Below are positions 17,857 to 27,000 of a stretch of DNA of 32,000 nt, in pieces. Where the stretch lies: positions 1 through 32,000 of the forward strand of contig DATCKA010000068.1 of assembly GCA_036562495.1 (NCBI GenBank). Direction: 5' to 3'. The notes below the pieces were generated by a model. It saw only the letters and a program-made list of their open reading frames with translations, was not told the DNA's origin and made no database searches. The position numbers and the translations under genes were made by a program. Position 1 is the first letter of the stretch. Each line of letters opens with the position of its first letter. This stretch comes from Limnochordales bacterium. Its GTDB lineage: Bacteria; Bacillota; Limnochordia; Limnochordales; Geochordaceae.

Positions 17857-18950
17857 GCCGCCCATTCCGCCCTGACGTAGAGCCACGCGGCGGCCGCCAG
17901 GCACAGCACGTTGGGCAGCCACGCCGCCAGCAGCGGGTCCATCGCACCCGAGTTGCCCAGTGAGCGGGAAAGCGCGAAGACCACGTAATAGAGCAGCGCC
18001 AGTCCCAGGCTGGCCGCCATCCCGAAGGCCCGCCCGCCGCGCCGCCCGTAGAGGCTCAGGGGCAGCCCCAGCACAGCCAGCACGAGATTGGAGACCGGCA
18101 GCGCCAGCTTGAAGTGGTAGTCGACCATCATGGCCCGCGCCACCACGCCGGCCTGGCGCAGCCGACGGATCTGCTCGCCCAGCTCCCGCCGGCTCATCTC
18201 CTCGGTGCGCTTCTGGGAGCCCAGGTAGTCTTCGGCCGGCTCGGGCAGCGTCAACTCGTAGCGCGCCATGGCCGATTCGAGCTGGACGAACCCGTCCCGG
18301 TCCAGTTGCTTCATGGTGACGCCCTCGAGGTGCCAGGTGCGGCCTTCGTACCAGCCCTCCCGGGCGGTGTAGATCACCGGGAAGGTGCCGGGGCGCAGCT
18401 CGTAGACGATGACGTCGAAGAGATGGCGGCTGGCGCGGTCGACGCGCCGCACGTAAAACCACTGGTGGGGCGAGCCGCGGAAGAAGACGTTGTCGGAGAT
18501 GGCCGGCACCGGGTCGGCCTGAATCGCTCGGCGCAACTCCACCTCGTAACGATGGTTGGCGACGGGCACCACGTACTCGTTGAGCAGGTACGCCCCCACG
18601 CTGATGGCCGCGCCCAGCACGACGATGGGCATCCCGATGCGAAGGACGCTCAAGCCCGAGGTGCGCATCACCGTCATCTCGCCGTCCCGCACCAGGCGGC
18701 CGGCCGACAGCAGGGTGCCGAAGAGCGAGGCGATGGGCAGGGCGATGGACAGCGCCTCCGGCAGCTTGAGCGCCAGCAGCCACAGCGTGGTGGCTGCCGA
18801 CGCCCGCTGCACCACCAGCATGTCGGTCAGCTGGAAGATGGGTCCCGTCAGCAGCAGGACCAGGAAGCCCGCGGCCGTCGCCGCGAAGGGCCCGATGAAC
18901 TCAGCGGCGACGTAGCGGTCGAGGCGACGGATCCGCAGCGGCGGCGGCAC
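17853..18950 (-). CDS. LptF/LptG (YjgP/YjgQ) family permease
   Basis: LDRYVAAEFIGPFAATAAGFLVLLLTGPIFQLTDMLV...LPEALSIALPIASLFGTLLSAGRLVRDGEMTVMRTSGLSVLRI...FHYKLALPVSNLVLAVLGLPLSL-type C-terminal region (here YHFKLALPVSNLVLAVLGLPLSL). Confidence 0.92.
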   Translation of the reverse strand: MPPPLRIRRLDRYVAAEFIGPFAATAAGFLVLLLTGPIFQLTDMLVVQRASAATTLWLLALKLPEALSIALPIASLFGTLLSAGRLVRDGEMTVMRTSGLSVLRIGMPIVVLGAAISVGAYLLNEYVVPVANHRYEVELRRAIQADPVPAISDNVFFRGSPHQWFYVRRVDRASRHLFDVIVYELRPGTFPVIYTAREGWYEGRTWHLEGVTMKQLDRDGFVQLESAMARYELTLPEPAEDYLGSQKRTEEMSRRELGEQIRRLRQAGVVARAMMVDYHFKLALPVSNLVLAVLGLPLSLYGRRGGRAFGMAASLGLALLYYVVFALSRSLGNSGAMDPLLAAWLPNVLCLAAAAWLYVRAEWAA

Positions 18951-18968
18951 CGGCTCCCTGCGCCCTCC

Positions 18969-19886
18969 TCACCGCAGGGCCGCGATGAGCCCGATCTGGT
19001 GGATGCCGCCGTAGGCCGGGCCGCCGAGGAAGGCGTAGCTGACGGCCCAACGCTTGCCCGGCTCCTCGACGCCGGCTCCCAGCAGGAAGCCTTCGCCACG
19101 GGACGAGCTCTCGTAGCCCAGGCGCAGGGCCACGGGAGCCGCCGGGTACAGCCGGGTCTCCAGGCGCACCGTGCGGCCCGTGCTGACGTCCAGCAGGTCC
19201 AGGGCATTGGCCTCCAGCACCAGGTAAGCGTTGGCCTCGTAGGCGATGCCCACGCCCAGGGCCGGTGACCTCGCCTCCGCCCACTGCTCGGCAGAGCCGC
19301 CGACGCCGACCTGGCGCACCTCCAGCAGCGAGTCGAGCCGCGCGGATGCGGACACCCGATCGCTCAGCGCCGAGATGAGGCCGATGTCGACCCCCAGGTA
19401 GTGGTCTTCGCGAGGTCGGCCGGAGCCTGGCATCTCCCCGCGGACCCGCCGGTAGTGCCCCGCCACGCCCAGGGCCCAGTCGGGCCCCATGCTCATGGCG
19501 TACCCGTAGCCTACGCCCAGCTCCGTCACCGATGATGGCAACGAGCCGACAAGAGCGTCTCGCCCGCCGTGCGAGACCCACAGCGCCCAACCCTCGCCGT
19601 CGGCTCCCTCCGCCCAGCCGACCGTGTGGACGAAGGACGCCGCGTCCCCGACGGTGCCGTCCCTCACGGTGACGGCCGCGCCCCACCGCCCGCCCTCCAG
19701 CAGGGCAGGCCCGGCCGGATTGGCCAGGGCCCGAAAGGGGTCGTCGGGAGCCGCCTGGGTGGCCAGCGCCTCGAAGAGCGCGGCCTGCGGCGGTGCGGGG
19801 GGCACCGCCTGGCCGGCGAGCGCAGACGTGACGCCCCCGCCGAGGAGCCATGCCCCCAGCGTCCATGAGACGAGCCCTACGCCCAT
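18969..19886 (-). CDS. Putative outer-membrane beta-barrel protein, conserved-hypothetical type
   Basis: Signal-like N-terminus MGVGLVSWTLGAWLLGGGVTSALAG; alternating beta-strand pattern (ALGVAGHYRRV, HYLGVDIGLISAL, APVALRLGYESSSRGEGFLLGAGVEEPGKRWAVSYAFLGGPAYGGIHQIGLIAAL). ATG at 19886 is chosen; the track ORF starts at 19937. Confidence 0.6.
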   Translation of the reverse strand: MGVGLVSWTLGAWLLGGGVTSALAGQAVPPAPPQAALFEALATQAAPDDPFRALANPAGPALLEGGRWGAAVTVRDGTVGDAASFVHTVGWAEGADGEGWALWVSHGGRDALVGSLPSSVTELGVGYGYAMSMGPDWALGVAGHYRRVRGEMPGSGRPREDHYLGVDIGLISALSDRVSASARLDSLLEVRQVGVGGSAEQWAEARSPALGVGIAYEANAYLVLEANALDLLDVSTGRTVRLETRLYPAAPVALRLGYESSSRGEGFLLGAGVEEPGKRWAVSYAFLGGPAYGGIHQIGLIAALR

Positions 19887-19902
19887 GCGGCGAAGAGCCC
19901 TG

Positions 19903-20589
19903 TCACGGCATCGAACGGATGATGATGCCCGCCACAACGTCGAGCGCCCCCCTGTCCCGCACGCCGATCCCCACGGTGAAGTTGGGTCCGAACTGGAAGT
20001 TGACGCCGCCTCCCAGCGACGTGCCGTCGTAGTCGATGCCGACCGCCACGACGGGCCTCGGCAGGCTGCCGGGGCGCCTCACGGTCACGGGGTTGAGCAG
20101 GGCGTCGAGCCCGGCGAACGCGGACAATCGCTCTTGCCCGCCGGACCGGATGCCGGCGTGCACCCGCAGCAAGGGGCCCGGTAGCCGGTGGCTCGCCACC
20201 AGATAGCCCTCATCGCCCTCGATGCCCACGGCCACCGCCGGCACCGGTCCCTCCTCCTCCAGCAGCCGAAAGCGTGCCAGCAGCCCCAACGGGGCCTCGT
20301 CGGTGGACGCATCGGATGCCAGCGTCAGCCCCAGCTCCAGGGCGTCCGTCAACTGGTAACGCAGGAAGCTGAAGATCCGCTCGCCGGTCATCACGTTGAG
20401 ACCGGCGGTAAACTGGCCGGCCGGGCCGGTGTCGGCCGTGGGCACGTTGACCATGGCCGTGGTGCGGCTGCCGGCCAGGGTCTCGGCTCGGGTGACCTGC
20501 GCCCCCCACGGCCACGTCCCCACCAGCAGCGCCAGCACCGCCACCGTCGACCAACGCCTCATCCGTGTCACCATGCCGTCACCCGCCAC
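19903..20589 (-). CDS. YjbH-like outer-membrane beta-barrel lipid/exopolysaccharide-associated domain protein
   Basis: Signal peptide then AGSRTTAMVNVPTADTGPAGQFTAGLNVMTGERIFSFLRYQLTDALELGLTLA...GIDYDGTSLGGGVNFQFGPNFTVGIGVRDRG; short amphipathic beta strands. Start is GTG 20589 or ATG 20574. Confidence 0.55.
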   Translation of the reverse strand: MAGDGMVTRMRRWSTVAVLALLVGTWPWGAQVTRAETLAGSRTTAMVNVPTADTGPAGQFTAGLNVMTGERIFSFLRYQLTDALELGLTLASDASTDEAPLGLLARFRLLEEEGPVPAVAVGIEGDEGYLVASHRLPGPLLRVHAGIRSGGQERLSAFAGLDALLNPVTVRRPGSLPRPVVAVGIDYDGTSLGGGVNFQFGPNFTVGIGVRDRGALDVVAGIIIRSMP

Positions 20590-21616
20590 CCTCCTCCAGG
20601 CGCGCGACGCGTCGTTCCAGCTCGCGTAGTTGCTGCATCAGCTCCGGCAGCCTGCGGGAGGCCGCCCAGACCCTCAGGGCCTGGGCATGGGGCATGGCCG
20701 GCTCGCCGGCCACCCGGGCACGGGGAGGTACGTCGTCGATGACCATGGCCCGCGCGGCGACGACAGCTTCCTCCCCGACGCGGACGTGGTCCCGGATCCC
20801 CGCCTGCCCGGCCAGGATCGCCCTCGCCCCGATGCGGGCCGACCCGGCGATCCCCGCCTGCCCCACCACGATGGCGTGAGGCCCGATGCGCACGTTGTGG
20901 GCGATCTGCACCAGATTGTCGATCTTGGCGCCGTGCCCGACCACGGTCGCTCCGCAGCTGGCCCGATCGATGCAGACGTTGGCGCCTACCTCTACATCGT
21001 CTTCGATGACGACGGTGCCGATCTGCGGGCGACGGCGGTGACGGCCGTCGTGCGTCGTAAAGCCAAACCCCTCGGAGCCGATGACGGTGCCCGCGCCGAT
21101 CACGACGCGGTTGCCGATCCGCACCCGCTCGCGGATGACGGCGTTGGCGTGGATGATGCATCCCTCGCCCACGATGACGTCGTCGGCGATGACCGCTCCC
21201 GGGAAGACGATCGAGCCCCTGCCCAGCCGGGTCCGCTCTCCGATGTAGGCCCGAGCACCGACCCGGACATCGGGCCCCAGGGACGCCGTGGCCGCCACCG
21301 TGGCGGTGGGGTGTACCCCGGGCTCCGGGAGCCAGGGCTCGGGTGCGAAGAGCTCCATCAAGGCATCGAAGGCACCTCGGGGATCGGCCACCTCGATGCA
21401 CGGGCGCCCGGGCACGGCACCCCCGACCGGCACCACCACGGCCCCTACCGGCCGTTCGCCGATCTCCTCCCAGTAGCGCGCCGACGTCGCCAGCGTCACG
21501 TCCGATGGGCCCGCCTGGTCGGCGGGCGCCACCCCCGTGACGACGGCGGCAGGGTCGCCTCCGACCAGGCGACCCTGCACGTGTCGGGCGATCTCAGCCA
21601 GGGAGAGGCATCGCAT
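20579..21616 (-). CDS. lpxD: UDP-3-O-acylglucosamine N-acyltransferase
   Basis: MRCLSLAEIARHVQGRLVGGDP...hexapeptide repeats with GSEGFGFTTHDGRHRRRPQIGTVVIEDDVEVGANVCIDRASCGATVVGHGAKIDNLVQIAHNVRIG. ATG at 21616. Confidence 0.95.
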   Translation of the reverse strand: MRCLSLAEIARHVQGRLVGGDPAAVVTGVAPADQAGPSDVTLATSARYWEEIGERPVGAVVVPVGGAVPGRPCIEVADPRGAFDALMELFAPEPWLPEPGVHPTATVAATASLGPDVRVGARAYIGERTRLGRGSIVFPGAVIADDVIVGEGCIIHANAVIRERVRIGNRVVIGAGTVIGSEGFGFTTHDGRHRRRPQIGTVVIEDDVEVGANVCIDRASCGATVVGHGAKIDNLVQIAHNVRIGPHAIVVGQAGIAGSARIGARAILAGQAGIRDHVRVGEEAVVAARAMVIDDVPPRARVAGEPAMPHAQALRVWAASRRLPELMQQLRELERRVARLEEGGG

Positions 21617-21620
21617 GGCG

Positions 21621-22208
21621 TCAGCGACCGGAGGAGGCGTCGCCCGCCACCTTGACGCCCAGCTCGCGCAGCACCTCGTCGGTGGCGTCGTAGCCGCCCC
21701 AGATGACCAGGTTCTTGTCGAGGACGACCTCGAGGCCCAGGCGCTGGGCCACCTTGCCGATGGCTTCGCGCACCTTCGGCAGGCGGGCATCGAGCATCTC
21801 CTGCTTGCGCTTGTCCAGCCGCTGCTGGTACTGCATGAAGAGCTGCTGCTTCTCGTCCCGGATCTGGGTGGCCAGGCGCTCGCGCTCCTGCTCGTCGAGG
21901 CCCTTGGCGCGCTCCTCCAGCTGCTTGTCGAGCTTGGCCAGCTCCTTGTCCAGCTCGGCCTGGAGCCGCTCCGTCTCCTGGCGCAGCGGCTCGCTCAAGG
22001 TGGGCTCCAGGTACTCACGCGCCACCCGGTTGACGTCCACGTAGCCGATGACGCTCTCAGGCTTGGCCGATGTGGCGCTCCAGACGGCCAGGCCTGCCGC
22101 CAGCACCAGCAGCGCTGCCCCGATGATGATCCGCACCCTCTGCGGCAGCGCCCCCAGCCTGCTTACCCACTCCATCGCCGTCCCGCCTTCCCAAGTCCCT
22201 TGATGCAT
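21621..22208 (-). CDS. OmpH/Skp-family periplasmic chaperone-like protein
   Basis: N-terminal TM/signal (RVRIIIGAALLVLAAGLAVW) then IGYVDVNRVAREYLEPTLSEPLRQETERLQAELDKELAKLDKQLEERAKGL... and C-terminal GLEVVLDKNLVIWGGYDATDEVLREL. ATG at 22175 is the more likely start. Confidence 0.87.
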   Translation of the reverse strand: MHQGTWEGGTAMEWVSRLGALPQRVRIIIGAALLVLAAGLAVWSATSAKPESVIGYVDVNRVAREYLEPTLSEPLRQETERLQAELDKELAKLDKQLEERAKGLDEQERERLATQIRDEKQQLFMQYQQRLDKRKQEMLDARLPKVREAIGKVAQRLGLEVVLDKNLVIWGGYDATDEVLRELGVKVAGDASSGR

Positions 22209-22215
22209 GCGCCGG

Positions 22216-24000
22216 CTAAAACTGCTGACCGATGCTGAAGTTGAACCGACCCGGCTCGTGCGGGCTCATCCCGTAATCCAGCCGGATCATGCCGAGAGCC
22301 CCGATGTCGATGCGCAGGCCGAAGCCAGCGTCCCACTTGAGCTCGCTCAGGTCCACCGGCTGGCCCTCATCCCATGCCTGCCCGGCGTCGAGGAAGAGGA
22401 CCCCCGAGATGGGCTTGTAGATGGGGAACCGGTACTCCACGTTGGCCAGCAGCATGGTGTCGCCCACGATGTCGTGAACGTCGTACCCGCGCAACCCGTC
22501 GGCCCCGCCGAGCCGGAAGCGCTCCTGGTCCGGCGTCTGGTCGGTGTCACCCGTCGCGATGAGCCTGCCGACGCTCAGCCGCCCGGCCAGGACATGCCGG
22601 CTGTCGCGGATGGTGACGGGGACGTAGTGCGAGTAGCTGCTCTCCGCCTTGACGAAGTGGAAGTCGCCCCCGAGCCCCGCCACCTCGCCGGAGAGCCGCA
22701 GTCGATACCCCGTCGTCGGATTGTAGGGATGGTCGCTGGTGTCCGTCACGGTGCTGAGCCCCACGCTGCGAAGCGTGCCGGTCTGGGTGGGCCCGCTGCC
22801 TGGCTGGTCGACGAGGGGCGCGGCGGTCACCCAGTTGGCAAAGGTCAGGTAGCCTCGCGTGTACTCCGACAGGGGCCGCCCCAGGGTCAGCTCGCCGCCG
22901 TAACGCCGATCCCAGTACCACGTGTCCTCCGCGTCGGGGGCCAGCCGCTTGGTCTGCTGCCAGCCGATCCGCACGCCGAGCGACGTCCCGCTGGCGTCCA
23001 GGTACGGCTCCGTGAAGCTGATGTGGTAGCGCTGCGCATCGGGCCCATAGCTGAGGGTGAGCCCCACCTGCTGGGCCCGGCCCAGGAAGTTGCCGTCCGA
23101 GATCTCGACGAAGCCCGCCAGGCCCTCCCCGACGGTGTAGGTCATACCCAGCTGCACGTTGCCCGTGCGGCGCTCCTTGACCCGCACCACCACGGCCACC
23201 TCGTCGGGCCGCTCCGGCACCTCGCGCAGGTCGGCGTTGACCTCTTCGAACAAGCCGAGCATCAGCACGCGACGCAGGCCCAGCTCGAGGTCGCTGCGGA
23301 CCAGCACCTCGCCGGGCTCCATGCGCAGCTCCCGGGTGATGACGTAGTCCCTGGTCTTCTCGTTGCCCTCGAGATCGATGGCCCCGACCTTGACCGGCAC
23401 CAGGGCCACCCGCAACGTGCCGTCGTCCTCGAGCTGCAACCGCGACGGCATCACCAGCACGCCGAAGCGCTGCCAGACGAGGGCGGGCAACTCCTGCACC
23501 TCGCGGGCGACGGTGGGGCCGTGCACCACCTGGCCCGCGGGCAGCTGCAGGAGCGCGACGACGTCGTCGGCCTGCACCTTCTGGCGCTCCAGCACCGGCG
23601 CCAGGTCATCCGAGGGCTCCAGCACGACCCGGCGCAGGACCGGGTTTTCGACCACCGAGAAGACGACCCGTACCAGCTGGGGGCCGTTGCCGTCACGTCC
23701 CGTGGAGAGGCTCTGGATGTCCACCGAGACGCTCTTGAAATAGCCCAGGTCCAGGACGGCCTGCATGTCGGCCTGGACGTCCTCCCGGCGGAGCGGCTTG
23801 CCGGGTTGGGTCCGGGTGATGGCGTCGAGGATGGTCACCGCCTCGATCTGGTCGTTGCCGCTCACCACCACCGCCCTCACCTCGGCCTCGGGCATCTCGG
23901 GTTGGGTGGCGGCCTGCACCCCCTCGAGGGAGGCCAGCGCCAGCAACAACAGCGAAGCGAGGATCAGTCGGGATTGCAACTTCGCCCGGCGTGCATGCAA
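22216..24000 (-). CDS. bamA: Outer-membrane protein assembly factor BamA (POTRA + Omp85 barrel)
   Basis: VRAVVVSGNDQIEAVTILDAI, PVKVGAIDLEGNEKTRDYVITRELRMEPGEVLV (POTRA), DGNFLGRAQQVGLTLSYG, PYLDASGTSLGVRI, DQERFRLGGADGLRGYDVHDIVGD, C-terminal beta-signal GRFNFSIGQQF. TTG start. Confidence 0.95.
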   Translation of the reverse strand: MHARRAKLQSRLILASLLLLALASLEGVQAATQPEMPEAEVRAVVVSGNDQIEAVTILDAITRTQPGKPLRREDVQADMQAVLDLGYFKSVSVDIQSLSTGRDGNGPQLVRVVFSVVENPVLRRVVLEPSDDLAPVLERQKVQADDVVALLQLPAGQVVHGPTVAREVQELPALVWQRFGVLVMPSRLQLEDDGTLRVALVPVKVGAIDLEGNEKTRDYVITRELRMEPGEVLVRSDLELGLRRVLMLGLFEEVNADLREVPERPDEVAVVVRVKERRTGNVQLGMTYTVGEGLAGFVEISDGNFLGRAQQVGLTLSYGPDAQRYHISFTEPYLDASGTSLGVRIGWQQTKRLAPDAEDTWYWDRRYGGELTLGRPLSEYTRGYLTFANWVTAAPLVDQPGSGPTQTGTLRSVGLSTVTDTSDHPYNPTTGYRLRLSGEVAGLGGDFHFVKAESSYSHYVPVTIRDSRHVLAGRLSVGRLIATGDTDQTPDQERFRLGGADGLRGYDVHDIVGDTMLLANVEYRFPIYKPISGVLFLDAGQAWDEGQPVDLSELKWDAGFGLRIDIGALGMIRLDYGMSPHEPGRFNFSIGQQF

Positions 24001-24086
24001 TGGGGCCGGTCACCTCCGCCTCTCGCCATGCGTCTTTCGGGGCCTGCCGTGGCGCTCCTCTTGTCAGTTGAGCCTTGGGATGTCAC

Positions 24087-27000
24087 TCAGAAACTGTGCT
24101 GCCAGTCCAACCCCACGCGGAAGGCCCCGTCGCCGTTCTCGTCATCCCAGCTCAGGCGCCACGTCAGGTCGGGCCTCAACCTGTAAGACAATTCGAAGGA
24201 CTGCGAGCCTTCCGGGTCCAGTAGCTCACGCCGGTAGCGCACGTAGAGACGGCCGGGGTCCAGGTACTTCCCTGCCAGCAGCCGCAGGCTGCCGCTCTCC
24301 GTGCCCGGCACCAGGGCCACCTCGTCGAGGCCCAGGGCGGTGCGCACCGCTTCCTCCAGCGGGCCCATGGCCCAGGCGGCGAGTTGCTCGTTGACGCGGG
24401 CGATCCACCGCTGGCGAGAATCCTCCTCCGCCCTATCGAGCCCTGGCAGCAGCAGAGCCAGGATCTCCTCGCGGCTCATCTCGGGTTGAGCGGAGAGGCG
24501 AAGCTGGGTGGGGTCCGTGGTGGTCCCCTCGACGTGTAGCCGTACCGGGCCCTCGGGCGTGCTGGTGGTGGCGTCGAGGTCCACCTCGGGCACGAGCCCT
24601 CGCGAGGGGCTGAAGGTGAGGCGCCCCCGCTCGATGGCGAATTCCCGTCCGAAGTAGCGGACCCGAGCCTGCGTCAGCAGGACCTCGCCGGCCAGCGCCG
24701 GGGTACCGGTGGTGCCGGTCAGGCGCACCGCGCCCTCGGCCAGCGCCGTCCCACCGATGGCCGGCACCTCCAGCCGAATGGGCTGCTCGGCCTGCACGGT
24801 CACGTCCAGGGGGATGCCCCCTGCCGCCGCCGGACGGCCCTCGGCCCGTTCGAAGCTCTCGGGCAGCCGTACCATTCCCTGGCCGTTGAGCGGCAGGCCC
24901 GACGTCCCACCGGGAAGACCGATGCCCCAGAGGGTCACCCGCCCGTCCCTCACGCCCAGCCGACCCGAGAGGACGGGACGGCTGCCCGGCGTCCAGGCAC
25001 CGGCCCAGCGCAACTCCCCGGTGAAGGTGCCGGCGAGTTGCAAGCTGCCGGTCGGCCGCATGTCGACGGAGACCCGGCGTACCTCCATCCGCACGTCGAC
25101 CGGGTACAGTCGCAGGGGCCAGATGGCTTGCAGTTGCGCCTCGCCGCTCAACTGCACGTCGCCCCCACGGGCGGAGCGAGCCTGGCCCTGAGCCAGGCGG
25201 ATGGTCCGGCCCTCGACGCGCAGGTCGACCACGATGTCCGTCAGCGGATTGAGACGCTCCTGCGGCGCCACCAGCCGGTCGGCCTGCACCGAGAGCCCAC
25301 CGCTGACGTTGGGCGCTTGCAGGGTACCGGAGACCACCACGTCCCCCGTGAGGCGCCCGCCCTCCACCTGCCACGCGGGCAGGAGCTGGCGCACCAGCTC
25401 CAGCGGGAAACGCTCCATGCGGGCCCGCACGTCCATGGTGGCGGCCGCGTCGGCGCCGAGCAACGTCAGTGGCACGCTCCCGCCGATGCGCGCCACCTCC
25501 CGGTCCTGCACGGAGACGAGGACTTCTTCCAGCATCAACGTGGGGGACTCCAGGCGCAGGCCGCCCTCGACGGCCGCAGACAATCCGCCCTCGGAGCGCT
25601 GGCGCAGCCGGAAATTCGCCTGACCCGTCTGCAGGTCCGCCGCCAGGCGCAGGGCCATGGTGCCCTCGACCTCGCCGCCTTGCAGCGACGCATCCTCGAT
25701 CTGCCACACCCCATCCTCGAAGCGGATGGCCGCCTGCAGGGTGCCCAGTTCGTAGCCGGCCAGCCCCAGCCGGTCCGCGCGCACCTGGCCCGCCAGGGTC
25801 CCGTCGACGAGCGAGCCGGCGAAGGTGGCGTACCCGCGCCACGACCGCAGCCACGGACGCAATGCCCGCCCACCCAGGTTGATGAGGTCGCCCGCGATCC
25901 GGTAGCCACCGCCCTGCTCCCTGACGACCTCGATGCTGCCGTCGGGCCCGTCGAAGCTGGCCATGGCGAGCACCGGGGTTCGTCGCCTGGGCCCCGTATG
26001 GCCCGCCGGGTCCGTCCAGGCCAGCTCGATGGCGAAGTCGCCGGCCACCTCCCCGCCGCCCCCGGTCAGGGCTGTCGGCCCATCGCCCACGCCGTCCCCC
26101 GACCCGAGCAGGCTGCGAAAAGCCGTCAAGGCCTCGGTGGAGGCGAGGCCCTCGACCCGACCGGTCAATGTCAGCCACACGCGTGCAGGCTCGCCGGCCA
26201 CCGGTCGCGCCGATGTCCTCCAACGCAGCTCAGCGCCGAGGGCCAGGACGCCGCTGCCAGCAGCGGCGACGATCTCATCGACCGTCGCCTGGCCGGAGGT
26301 CAGGTCGGCGACGACGTGGGCCTCCGCGCCGCCGACGGCCAGGCCCAGCAACCGCCCGGAGGGCGTCTGCAACTCCCCGTCGACCTGCCACGGCCCCGTC
26401 AGCGACCCGCTGAGGCGGCCGCGAGCGGCCACGGAATTGACGGCGTAGCCCGACCACCAGGGCAGGTCCTCGCCGGGCTGCAGACCGGCCACTTCGAAGT
26501 CGATGGTGGCTGCGTGAGGCCAGGAGTCGGCCAGGCTGCCTGCGACGGCGCCGCGCGCCTCTCCCTTGCGGACCCTCCCGCCGATCAGGCGCAGACCATC
26601 GGCATCCTGCCGGATCTCGCCTTCCAGACGTAGACCGGCCAGCAGCCTCCCCCACCGGCCGCCCGCCTCGGGGACCGGGCGGACCTGCGCGACCACCTCG
26701 ATGGGGGGCAGCCCTTCGGGGCCCCAGGTGCCGTCCGTCCGCCAGTCGATCTGCCAGGGACCCGAGCCTTCGACCGGGCCGGTCCACTCCAGCCGGCCGG
26801 CGAGATCCACCTGGAGCGTCTGCTCGTCCGCCAGGTGCGCCGAGCCGCTCGCACTCGAGACGAGACCCTCGTGCGCGATGGTCAGGCGCCGCAGCACCAC
26901 CCTGGTACCGGAGGCGACGGCCAGGAAGTCGGCCCGGGCGGCGCCCAGCTCCACCGATCCCTCGGCCTGCACCTGCCCCGGCCCCAACACCTGCAGCTGA

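Noticed and set aside
22207-24186. 659-aa + strand ORF antisense to bamA
   Set aside because: Antisense artefact of GC-rich codon bias; BamA motifs on the - strand are unambiguous.
25038-26633. 531-aa + strand ORF inside tamB
   Set aside because: Mirror-frame artefact with no domain signal.
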